From positions 580,901 to 644,900 of the forward strand of contig NMRA01000176.1 in NCBI GenBank assembly GCA_002633005.1: a DNA stretch of 64,000 bases, read 5' to 3'. Position numbers and translations under genes: made by a program. Position 1 is the first letter of the stretch. Every line of letters begins with the position of its first letter. The stretch is from Phoronis australis. Its lineage: Eukaryota; Animalia; Phoronida. Under the pieces are notes generated by a model. That model was not told the origin of the DNA. It worked only from the letters and a program-made list of their open reading frames with translations, and searched no databases. This document shows positions 52,478 through 62,880 of this stretch, one piece after another.

Positions 52478-52613
52478 AAAGTGAAGTAAACAGGTCTCTC
52501 TTCAAAATGGCTACCGTGGGAACCAGTTTTCACTGAATAACAGGCATTGCCATTATTTAGTGAAAACCAGTTGCCTGTAGCCATTTTGAAGAGGGAGTTG
52601 TTTACTCCACTTT
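52478..52613. repeat. ~136-bp palindrome (hairpin-type MITE)
   Basis: AAAGTGAAGTAAACA..CTCTTCAAAATGGCTAC..GTTTTCACTGAATAA pairs with TTATTTAGTGAAAAC..GTAGCCATTTTGAAGAG..TGTTTACTCCACTTT. Confidence 0.8.
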
Positions 52614-53484
52614 TACCGTTTTTGATTAAGTTTTGTTGTGGAAGGACAGCAAACATAGATGTGGGAAAATGAACATCGACTTGCCCTTTATATTTTAAAT
52701 TTTTAACCATTGGGTTTTGACAATACAGCAAGCCAGCTACCTGGCTATGTCAGTGTCCGAGTCGATTATCATTGCTGTATAAACGCAGCACTGTACTTAT
52801 TTACACTGAGACAGGTTGAGATTGTAGCCTTCCGTTAGACAGTGACCACCGTGTCTAGACAGCTAGTCTAGTGTAGTTCGTACAGGAGCTTCACATGCTA
52901 GTTAAGCTTTTTGGCAAATTATGGCTCAAACTGGAAAATCATCAAAGTCACGCTGTTATAAATACCTTTTCCGCATAGAGGGACACCTTAGGAGGCCGTC
53001 AATGTAATTCCTTCCAGCTCGCAGAAATACTCCCATTATCAAACTTTTTCTTTAAGCAGTCCATCGTTCAGTTCCCAACAACAGAAAATTTGCCATTTTT
53101 AACACTGCACGCGGCAGGTGGTATGATGTCATATTCCCTGGCATAAGCAGTGTAAAAATGGCCAGTTACCGATTTTGGGAAATGAACGAGGGACTGCTTA
53201 AAGAAAAAGTTTGATAACGGGAGTATTTCTACAAGTTAGAAGGAATTAAATACATTGACGGCCTCCTGAGAACTTGTCTTTCTATGCGCAAAAGGTATAG
53301 CAAAGTGACTTTAATGTTTTAGCTAGTGTGAGCCATAATTCACAGAAAATCTTCCGGCATATGAAGCTCCTTTAAAAGCTACACCGTCTCCAAGTCAGCT
53401 AGAGACGATGGTCGTGGTCTAGCTTTCCACAGGCAGTGCATGGTCGGCGCTAGGCAACACGTAGCCTTTCGGTTGGTCGGTTAG

Positions 53485-53639
53485 TGTTGATATGAGCGAC
53501 CTCTACCGGTCTCTCTATATATATATATTACATAGTGTAAACATCTGTTAGTTGTAGTGTGAGCACCAGTTAGTGCACATCAATAAAAGCAGTACTAGTT
53601 ATCCTGAAGATCGTTCTTTATTCACTTAACAACTCAACA
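53485..53639 (+). mobile_element. 5' LTR (155 bp) of Ty3/Gypsy element
   Basis: TGTTGA...TCAACA inverted termini, TATA-like (TA)n and AATAAA at 53582, followed immediately by the PBS. Confidence 0.88.
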
Positions 53640-53652
53640 TGGTGGCAGCGGT
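53640..53652 (+). other. Primer binding site complementary to tRNA-Leu 3' end
   Basis: TGGTGGCAGCGGT directly follows the LTR and complements the ...ACCGCTGCCACCA 3' end of eukaryotic tRNA-Leu. Confidence 0.8.
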
Positions 53653-53673
53653 ATTTTGACCAATCTCTGAAAG

Positions 53674-55295
53674 ATGGCAACGAACGGCAATTTTAGACTG
53701 CCTCCACAACTGGACTTATCGGACGCTAATCTCGCGGAAACATTCCGCAAATGGAAACAGCAATTAAACGTATATTTGTTGGCCAGCGGAGCGACAGGAA
53801 AACCCAAGAAGGTACAAGCAGCAATTATTTTGCATTGCGGTGGCAATGACGTGATTAGCGCTGCTGAACATTTTGTATACGATAATGCCGGAGACGAGGA
53901 AGATCCCGAGAAACTGTTACAAAAACTGGAGGAGTATTGTACGCCAAAACAAAATGTGGTGGTCGAAACATTTCGTTTTTGGAAAATCAAGTATAACGAA
54001 CCATTCGACACATTTTTGACCGAAGTGCGGACAAAAGCTGAATCCTGCAAATTCAACGACAAAGAAAGAATGATACGGGACAAAATAGTGTTAAGTGTCA
54101 GTGGAAAATTGCAAGAACTGTTACTGAGAGAAACTGATTTGACACTGGACAAAACGATAAAAACGTGCCGCGCATTCGAGATGTCAAATCAGCAAGTCCG
54201 TGAAATGGGTACGCTTAGTGGCACAAACGACACTAAAATCCAAAAGGTAAGAAAGCAACCTTTCAAACACACACCCGCCGCACACAAAAGGTATCCAAAT
54301 GCCAGTTACGATCAGAAACCCCCTGCGACGATAGACTGTGACTTTTGTGGAAAAAAACACAAAAAGGGGAAGGATTATTGCCCGGCCTGGGGTAAAATAT
54401 GCACAGGGTGTGGCGGACGAAACCATTTCAAACCAAAGTGTAAAAAAGTGAACGTGGTGAGCCAGGAATCACAATCTGAAATTGATGAACAATGGCTACA
54501 ACACATCGATACTGGATCGCCAAAACGCGTGTTCGCAAACATGAATGTCAACGGATGTGACATACGCTTCCAATTAGACACTGGTGCAGATATAAACACG
54601 ATATGCCAGAAATACGTGAGAAAAGACCAGTGCAAGCCGAGTACTAACAGATTGGTTATGTGGAACAAAACCAAACAACAGCCATTGGGCGAGGCAACAC
54701 TCAATCTGACCAACCCCGTCGACGGAATTCCCAGACGAATAACATTTACAGTAGTTCCGAACGGATTCAACTGCCTATTAGGGATAGAAACCCTGGAGAC
54801 CCTGGGATTAATTACTGTAAACAATGACAAGTTTGTGTCTGAAATACACACTAACAAGATTTATGGTAACTGCGCGGGAAATCTCGGAGACTTGGGGGAG
54901 GTGTCCTTTGTCACTGATGACAAGATCCCCCCCAAAACATTGCCTGCAAGGAAAATACCCATTGCATTGCAAGCGGAGGTAAAGGCAGAATTGGATAACT
55001 TGATTGAACGTGGAATATTGATACCGGTAACTGAACCAACCAAATGGGTATCACAAATGGCAGTAGTAAGAAAACCAAACGGAAGTTTGCGCATATGTAT
55101 TGATCCCCAGCCACTGAACAAGGCATTGTTGCGCGAACACTATAAGATGCCTACATTGGATGAAGTTTTGCCAAAGCTAAATAACGCAAAAATATTTAGC
55201 AAATATGACGTGAAAGAGGCATTTTGGCACGTGCGCCTAGACGAAGAATCGAGTTTTCTGACAACAATGATAACCTCTTTTGGAAGCCGCGTCAG
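53674..55295 (+). CDS. Ty3/Gypsy (Mag-clade-like) gag-pol polyprotein, truncated within RT by a contig break
   Basis: ~540 open codons contain gag (ERMIRDKIV), a double Zn knuckle CDFCGKKH..CPAWGKICTGCGGRNHFKPKC, protease FQLDTGAD, and RT motifs WVSQMAVVRKPNGSLRICIDPQPLNKAL and FSKYDVKEAFWHV. N at 55296. Confidence 0.95.
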
Positions 55296-55296
55296 N

Positions 55297-55478
55297 AAGT
55301 GACTTTAATGTTTTAGCTAGTGTGAGCCATAATTCACAGAAAATCTTCCGGCATATGAAGCTCCTTTAAAAGCTACACTGTCTCCAAGTCAGCTAGAGAC
55401 AATGGTCGCGGTCTAGCTTTCCACAGGCAGTGCATGGTCGGCGCTAGACAACACGTAGCCTTTCGGTTGGCCGGTTAG
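55297..55478 (+). repeat. Second copy of 53303-53484 without the LTR (probable empty-site allele)
   Basis: 182 bp with about 5 substitutions. It continues GGTTAG|GGGCTAC instead of GGTTAG|TGTTGA. Confidence 0.85.
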
Positions 55479-56535
55479 GGGCTACAATACTTCCCATAGC
55501 TTTCTGTACGACTTTTGTCCCGTGTTTATTTTACACAGCCGGCAAGCCACATTCGGTCACCGATTAAGAGTTTTCATCTTGTGAAAAATACATTCACACT
55601 TAAAACTATCACTTAAAACAGCGCTAATACTTTCTTCAGTGGCTGATCCTTTCTACTTCTACATATATCTTAAATGAAGCATAGTTACGAGAATTAAGGT
55701 GACTTTAGAGTAGTAATCCAACTCCAGTTTTTTGGTCACCATTAACTTTTTCACCACGCGTGCGATGACCACAAAGTATTTCAACTGAGTCATGTGAGTT
55801 AGGCAAAGGCTAGCGCGAGACTGAGCGAAGCGCGTGACACTGGTACGTGACAATTGCTAAATAGTAGGTGAAATTTGTAAGATTTGCATCCCTTGGACTA
55901 TTTATTCGCCAGCATGCGTGATTCCACATAACTTCCTCAAAATGGCACTTAATACGAGAAACAGACTCGAACAAACTGCGACAGATTTCCATTGAGTCAA
56001 ATTATCTTAACTGAATCATCCCCAGAATGTGTTAATTGCCCAGTAACTCCATGTGCATGTTTCACTTGATTTTATTTCCTGAATTTTGAAATTCGTAACT
56101 TTTTGTGGGGATGTACTATTGCCCCTTTATGCCTGCGGCATCCAAGGCATTGCCTAGGTCCGGGCTATCCAGTCAAATTTAGAGTCAGAGACCAGAAATG
56201 CAGTGCAAGAGGCAGTGCAGCACTACTACTCAGCTAATTAAAGGAATCGCTGGTTAGTGGTTGACCCGTTCTCTAAATCAGGGTCCGCAGTAACCCATCG
56301 ATAACATAAATTTGAGACTGGTCGGCGCTATCCAGTCAAATTTTAGAGACCATGCAGTACCGTTCAAAAATAAAGGAGTCGTTATTTAGTAATTGCCTGG
56401 TATTCCAATTCAGTGTCCGTTGCATTCCTCCAGTATCTTCTGAAGATTTTTATGATATGCAATTACACTGTTATGGTAATCGAGGGGTCGATTCATAGTG
56501 GTGTTTTCAACGACAACGCCGGGGCCTGGGCCTAC

Positions 56536-56797
56536 CTGTGTTTTTGTTCACTTTCCTCCATACATGCGCAAACTTATCGCAAACTAACCTCATGTGCGCA
56601 TCTTCCTTTTGCATAAGAAATTTGCACTTAACTCTTGTTCGTATCTGGCATATACTTTTCCTGACAAATATTTAAACGTAAGGGCGATTGAAAAAGGTCT
56701 TTGTACAATCTTTGTGTGAATTTGTATAATATAGAAAGGCCAATTTCGATTTAATGCGAACCTTATGACAGAGGTCGCTTCAGACAATATGGCCGCC
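56536..56797. promoter_or_regulatory. Putative bidirectional promoter and hyccin non-coding first exon
   Basis: Minus-strand donor CAG|GTAGGC at 56536/56535. NRF1-like CATGCGCA and CATGTGCGCA at 56563-56600. YY1-like AATATGGCCGCC overlaps the MRPL10 ATG. Confidence 0.5.
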
Positions 56798-56807
56798 TTC
56801 AGAGCAG
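56789..56807 (+). CDS. MRPL10: MRPL10 coding exon 1 (MAAFRA, start of mitochondrial targeting peptide)
   Basis: ATG GCC GCC TTC AGA GCA G|gtatgc. Phase 1 fits the next exon (G|GC). Confidence 0.7.
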
Positions 56808-56998
56808 GTATGCTTTTATGATTTTGTAGAATTGTACGTTTTTCATACAGTCCGACATAATTATTCTTGCAACGGACTTAGACCCTTATAATATGACAAT
56901 GGTCACTTACAGGAGTTTCTGATTTTGAAAAACAGTTTGATATCCGTTATTATCTGTTTATCAGTTCATGGTGAAAATAATCAGGGCCCGGGAACTCG

Positions 56999-58548
56999 TA
57001 GGCAATGACCATTGCCTCTGTTGGCCCGAACCAGAGGCGATGCAGAGGCTATAGGCGCTCTGTACGCTGGAAGCTTTTCGGCGAATTATGCCTCGCACCG
57101 ACTAAACCATCAAAGTCACGTTGTTATAAATACCTTTTGCGCATAGAGGAACACCTTGGGAGGTTGTCGATGTGTTTAATTCCTTCCAACTCGAACAAAT
57201 ACTCCCGTTATGAAACTTTTTGGTAATTGTTTACAATATGACGACAATAACTTAGACATATGATTTTGGTATCGTTCGATTCCTCGCAATGTTATCTTTC
57301 CTAATATACACAGAAATTTCTCCTACCCCGTTCCCTTAGGCTTAGTTTTTTATCGTGAAATTTCTGCTCGCACTATTTCCAGGTACTCGGTGCGAAACCG
57401 CCATGTTGAATGGATAAGGAGTCACCTGGCGGTCAAAAACTGAACTAATCTACCGACTTGTAGATCGTCGCTTTTCATAAGTTCAAATTGACCGAGACCC
57501 GTCAATCCCCTGCCCGAGATATGTAACCAAGGGTTCGAATTCGATCCTATGGTGACCCTGATATACGCATCTGCTAGCAAAAATCTGCCAAAAAAGCGGA
57601 GGTTGTTTTTGAGGTCCAGATTTGTGAAAAAGTATCACTTCAGACAATTTCATGGAAAAATGGTCAAATGGTCACAATTCTAAAAAAATGGAAAAGGTAA
57701 AATGCTTCTACTTGTGCATCCACCATATTATGTCAGGAAAACTTTAGCGGGAATCTCGCGCGGGCAACCACCATTCAGAATCAATAATGCTGTTTCATTC
57801 AATAACAATAGGTGTCGCTGTTATCTTGAGTTGAACTAACATGGCGGTGTCCACCGGGCAATAGTGCTAACTGAAATTCGACGATAAAATNNNNNNNNNN
57901 NNNNNNNNNNNNNNNNNNNNNNNNNNNNNNNNNNNNNNNNNNNNNNNNNNNNNNNNNNNNNNNNNNNNNNNNNNNNNNNNNNNNNNNNNNNNNNNNNNNN
58001 NNNNNNNNNNNNNNNNNNNNNNNNNNNNNNNNNNNNNNNNNNNNNNNNNNNNNNNNNNNNNATATCAACAGCATTTATTTTTATCAAATACAAACAATAA
58101 TTCATTGAAATACAATCAGTTTCAAGTAACGCCAATTAAAGACAAGTATAAGTGGTGGCATTTTGGAAACGAACATTTGACTGACAAGACCGCAATGGCT
58201 CACCTTTGGCCTATTTAAAGATTGAGGTCATGAAGTCACATCACCTAGCGAGCGCGGTAAAAATTGGAGCATGCGCAGTATAAAAATGGTGAGTTCGCGA
58301 TTTTGGGAATAGGGACTGCTCGAAGAAAAAGTTTGATAACGGGAGTATTTGCTCGAGTTGGAAGGAATTAAACACATCGACAACCTCCTCAGGTGTTCCT
58401 CTATGCGCAAAAGGTATTTATTACAACCTGACTTTGATGGTTTAGTCGGTGCGAGGCATAATTCGCTGAAAAACTTCCGGCGTACAGAGTGCCTATAGCC
58501 TCTGCATCGCCTCTGGTTTGGGCCAACAGAGGCGATGGTCATTGCCTA
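56999..58548. mobile_element. Long-TIR non-autonomous element (>=220-bp arms, TAG...CTA termini, ~9-bp TSD; Mutator- or Academ-like)
   Basis: 56999-57221 is the reverse complement of ~58325-58548 (the two similar MTIASVGPNQ 'ORFs'). Flanks are GGGAACTCG / GGGAACTCA. Confidence 0.8.
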
Positions 58549-59679
58549 GGGAACTCAAAGTTTGGAATTTTCTCTATTTGTGTGAACTCAAGATAAGTGT
58601 ATTATTATTCTATGCTCGAGTACATAATGACTTACGTGGATAATTTTAAGTCCTAGTTTGCATTTAATAAACCCAACCTTAGCTTTATCCAGGATTTCAA
58701 AAATAGGATGTCCAAAATAGAATTCCCAATTTCCCAATATTCCAGGGTGTCCATGATTCCAAAAAGACGCGTTTACCCCCACCACCANNNNNNNNNCCAC
58801 CATTCACCAGTAACCCCCCCCCCCTTACACAATGAAGTTTTTTTGCAAAAAAATGCGTAGAACAAGACTTTTACATCTAAATTTACAAAAACAGCTCCCG
58901 TGTAGTGAGCTTTTTTACTAAAAACCTGTGTGGATCAAGACTTTTATGTCTTAATTTACGAAAACAGCCAATTAGCTTATCAAACAAGTATTACAGATAT
59001 TACAGATATTGGTTGAACGATGAGTGTACTGTTTTTGGTGGTCTCAAGTCAAATTGCTGCTATAAAGTTTATCATATCATATCATCTTAAAACTAGCTTT
59101 CTATTCTGCACAATGAGCCATCAAGCTGCAGTTACCAACACAAGAAAATGCACAGATGATGTGTGGTTTACATTTTGGCAACAGGTGTCACTGCTGCTCC
59201 ATAGAGACGCACATAGAAAAGCCATACCTCAGTTCAAAAGCATGAGACGGCATAAACCCAAACATTTTAAATGGGGATATTATTGTGGCACAAAATATTA
59301 TTAAAATGACATTTATTTCGCTTTTTATGTATTTAAAAAAGATGAAAAACTACAGCTCTGAAACACCAGTTTGAAGTTAACCAAGGTCGGGTACTTGTAT
59401 AAAGTACTGAATTGCTGTTAGATATAAGACCACTGAAAGTAGAGACTATGACACTGGTATACACTCTAGAAACCAAACACGTGCTAATGATTGACAGGGT
59501 CTGCTAAATACTTTGAAAGTAGTTCGAACTTGCAGCGTTTTATATAGATTTCTTTCTGAGTTGAAAGGGCCAACTTCTCTCTTGATCAATCACCTGCCTT
59601 TAATGTGGATGTCCTAACTGGAGAAATTCTGCTTGACAGTGCTCTTCGCAGCCTGTTTTGAATTCAGAAGCTAGGATTC

Positions 59680-60730
59680 GTCAAAGTTACGCTATGCGAT
59701 GTATCTGTAGCCTATGACAGACTTTCTACAAAACTGTGGCGCATTGCTATCAAACTTCGCTGTTAAATTATGCTGAAATCCCATGGTGAAAACTCGCCGA
59801 TGCGCCGCTGCCTTGCGATCATTGACAGGGCAGCTTGATTAAAAATATAGTTTCGACTCAACAAATTACCTGAAATCCTCAATTAAGTTTTCCAAATAGT
59901 GTCCCTAAGATTTTAAGTTCCTGTGGAGTCGGTATTATGAACAAGATTGTTCAAATCTGCGCAAGATCGTACCCAGCAACATAAGAAAAACCTCTTGATG
60001 AACACGCGTCATAATCACGTGACCTTTGTTTTGAAGATCGTCTGTGTGCGTGTGTGTGAGCGAGTGCGTGCGTGTCATCAGCGTTTATTTGCCGGATTAA
60101 ACACAATGCAACGATAAGATGTGCATTGTAACTAAAGAAATAACACAAGCAGTATCACGTGAACGCATTTTATTTAGCACTTGCTGATCACACGTACCAT
60201 TAAAACGTGCGAGAATTCTCTCGGTGGGGCCTAAGGCCAGTTGTCATTGAGTCGCAGGGTGACTGGATGTGTGACAGTTTGAGTTATTATCCAGGATATT
60301 TGGGGGCGGAGGTGGCCACTATGAGTGGGGCATTTTATCAGGTATTTTACTTTAAAAACGCCTAAAAAGTGATTAATAAAGCAATCCCTCTTAAAAATAA
60401 CGCAACAGTTTTTATGGCTTTAGAAACTCTCTGACATTAGTACCAATATTTATTTCTTGCTACCCGTAGTTTCATGGATGTTGCGCGCGCTTCCTGGTTA
60501 CGTAGTTTTAACAACAAATTTATTCGTGAGATAGTCGTGAGTATGATTTGCAGTATTCACGTGTAGGGCCTACAAAGTGTCAAAACGTAGGTCACACCTG
60601 ACCGGTTCAGTGTACATTTTTGAAACATATAATTAGTACTTCCAGTGGAGATGTTGAGGCTATAGACTAGAAAAAGGACTGTGTTGACCATTGATAAATG
60701 AACTCTAGAAATTTGCGTCGAGTTTGGAAT
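59680..60730 (-). mobile_element. Diverged internal fragment related to the 10379-11899 pogo-like element
   Basis: AGACTTTCTACAAAACTGTGGCGCATTGCTATCAAACTT, CAAATTACCTGAAATCCTC and TACCAATATTTATTTCTTGC match the reverse complement of parts of 10379-11899 in collinear order. Confidence 0.65.
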
Positions 60731-61881
60731 TGGTATTGTGGAAAACACTGGTTACATTGGGCCTCCTTGCCAGGGCCTCCAGATTAGTGCGTCCAAATGG
60801 ATGCCCAGGATGTACGCTGCATGAAGGCCTGAACCCAATATTATGTGCCGGTACAGAATTATGCGATGAGTTAGGGATGGACAGCAATTGCTGGTTTATC
60901 CCGGAAGGTTACGAATAAGTGTGGAGTTATTGATGTTGTGACCATCCATGACAAATCGGTAATTTCCGTTTGACACATTGACAGTATGCAGTGACTTTTT
61001 GGAAAGATTTTTGTGCTTTGGCCGTGAATTTGTTTCGAACTCGCTGGAGCAAGATACTGTAAATGCTATCAGAAGTTGCTCATGTTTTTTGAACCCCTGT
61101 AAATTTATTAAGTTTTGTGTTTGATATGAACGGCTGAAGTGAAACACCTGTGGAATTCCTAGTCTCGAGTATCATAACTTGTAGAATATATATTGTATTA
61201 GATTGGAGACGATCAGAAGCTGAGGACACCTGTGGTTTGAACTCGAAGTTACGACTTTTTACTCGAGTTTCTAGCAAGAATATCAAGGTCGTCAAGTGCA
61301 AATTTGGACTAGAAACTCGTGTAAACTGTAATGTATTCGAGCACAGTCTAGTAACCGTCTTGAGTTCGCACAAAAGTAGCAGAGAAATTTCCAAAAACAC
61401 ACAATACTTGTTGGCGGTTATCCCATGAAATAAGGCAAGTTCCCCGACAAGGTTCTCAGTTCCCATTACCAGCGATCCCGATAAAACTGGCAAACGTGCT
61501 AATCATTTCAATAATAGACAATTGTTCGTTATCGAGTGGCTAACAGAGAGTTGCATGACTCACTGGAAGAGGCGAGACAGTCGCTAGACAGCAAGCTGGC
61601 ATTATCCGCCCCTCCTGCTGAAGGCGTTCTATAAACATGAGACATACATACATGAGACAGTTGAGGCTTGAGAATTATTTTTGACTTTTATAGAAATAAC
61701 ATAATTGATTCATTTGTAAGCTAGTTACTTAAACTTTTCATCCTTATCAAAGTGTCATTTCAATGTCAGCCATTTTGCTAGTATACGAGAGTAAGATGTT
61801 AAGGTTGAGTCAACTTGCATGTGAAACACTTGCTTTACGACTGTAATTTTGCATGGTCTATTGAAAAAATTGTGTTTCCAG

Positions 61882-62066
61882 GCAAGCTGTTTACAGTTGC
61901 CTGGGGTCAGGTCAGGCATAAATCCAAAATCAACATCCAAAGGCCCAAGCCAGGTCCTTGGGATAGACGAGTTCTGTTAGAAATCTCACGACCGATTTTG
62001 TGGGAGGAGGTCACCCCACCCGCAGCAACTTGTTCTAAGAGGAAGGCGATTAAAGAGTCACAGGAG
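61882..62066 (+). CDS. MRPL10: MRPL10 (mitochondrial ribosomal protein uL10m) coding exon 2
   Basis: ttccag|GC...GAG|gtaatg; translates KLFTVAWGQVRHKSKINIQRPKPGPWDRRVLLEISRPIL..ESQE. KINIQRP is the invertebrate mRpL10 N-terminal motif. Confidence 0.88.
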
Positions 62067-62707
62067 GTAATGTTTTCATGTTCCAACCACATTGTGGTTA
62101 TTTTGTTGCTTAAATGATCTCTCCAAAATGTCACTTTGGCAGTCTTTGATGGGTAGGAAAGGGCTGACGGCATAAGCAAAAAGTACTAGTGGAATGTTGA
62201 AAATGACAGAAAATGACCTTTGATGGAGGTCACGTTAAGATTTGATCTGGAAATGGGCAAAAGTGCCATCAGGAAAAAGCGTTGTATTTGAACACAGCAT
62301 TAAACTGTTTGAAAAGCTTGCTGTGTTATGTCGCAGAATGTTTCTTGAAAATGAGCTATTCCCTAAACAAAGTAGAAAATGAAGAGAAATTGACTGTCTT
62401 TGAATGTGTTACTTTGGTAATATGTTATTAAAACAGGATGATAGAAAAGAGTATCATTTTGTGAAATTCAAAACTATAACATTTTTTTTATTGCAACCAA
62501 AGTATCTTTTGAATGTGTTCATGACGTTCCATTTATATTCTTAGTCAGTGTACATCACTACCGACTGATTCACGTTTTCACTTGTTTCCTTTATACGGTG
62601 TTACTGAATTCTTCAAGACCTACATAACATGTCAAGTGGAACCACTCTGACAGACATACATACACTGTTTCTTTTACTCGCTGATGAATCCGATTATTTT
62701 TCCGCAG

Positions 62708-62880
62708 GAATCCGATTTTGAAAAGTTTCTCGTGCACCATGCCAAAAAGATGTTTGAGGAGAACGAAATGATTGCCATAATGCACTTACCGTCAATCACA
62801 GCTCAGGAGCTCCGCGGAATTCGTAACAAGTTTTATAAGGAAGGCATTTGGGTGTTTCGCCACGCCAATTCTATTGTCAG
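62708..62880 (+). CDS. MRPL10: MRPL10 coding exon 3 (gene probably continues past the window)
   Basis: cgcag|GAA...GTC AG|gtaac; translates ESDFEKFLVHHAKKMFEENEMIAIMHLPSITAQELRGIRNKFYKEGIWVFRHANSIV (cf. VFQDNRMIAVCQ..MRHQLRK..FPNQV). Confidence 0.88.

Larger units (their letters stand above)
52821..55488. mobile_element. Foldback element with ~290-bp diverged inverted arms (52821-53108 / 53147-53484, end seen at 55488), interrupted by the Gypsy element
   Basis: Arms are reverse complements (TTATCAAACTTTTTCTTTAAGCAGTCC vs GGACTGCTTAAAGAAAAAGTTTGATAA). Same family as 56999-58548. Confidence 0.75.

Noticed and set aside
53634-55126. Antisense ORFs within the Gypsy element
   Set aside because: They are shadow frames of the gag-pol ORF with no motifs.
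57005-58542. Paired MTIASVGPNQ... ORFs on opposite strands
   Set aside because: They are the two arms of one inverted-repeat element.
60724-61493. Cys-containing 64-aa ORF and overlapping 137/92-aa ORFs in MRPL10 intron 1
   Set aside because: They have non-ATG starts and no recognisable family. An internal inverted repeat (TTTACTCGAGTTTCTAG / CTAGAAACTCGTGTAAA) suggests repeat DNA.
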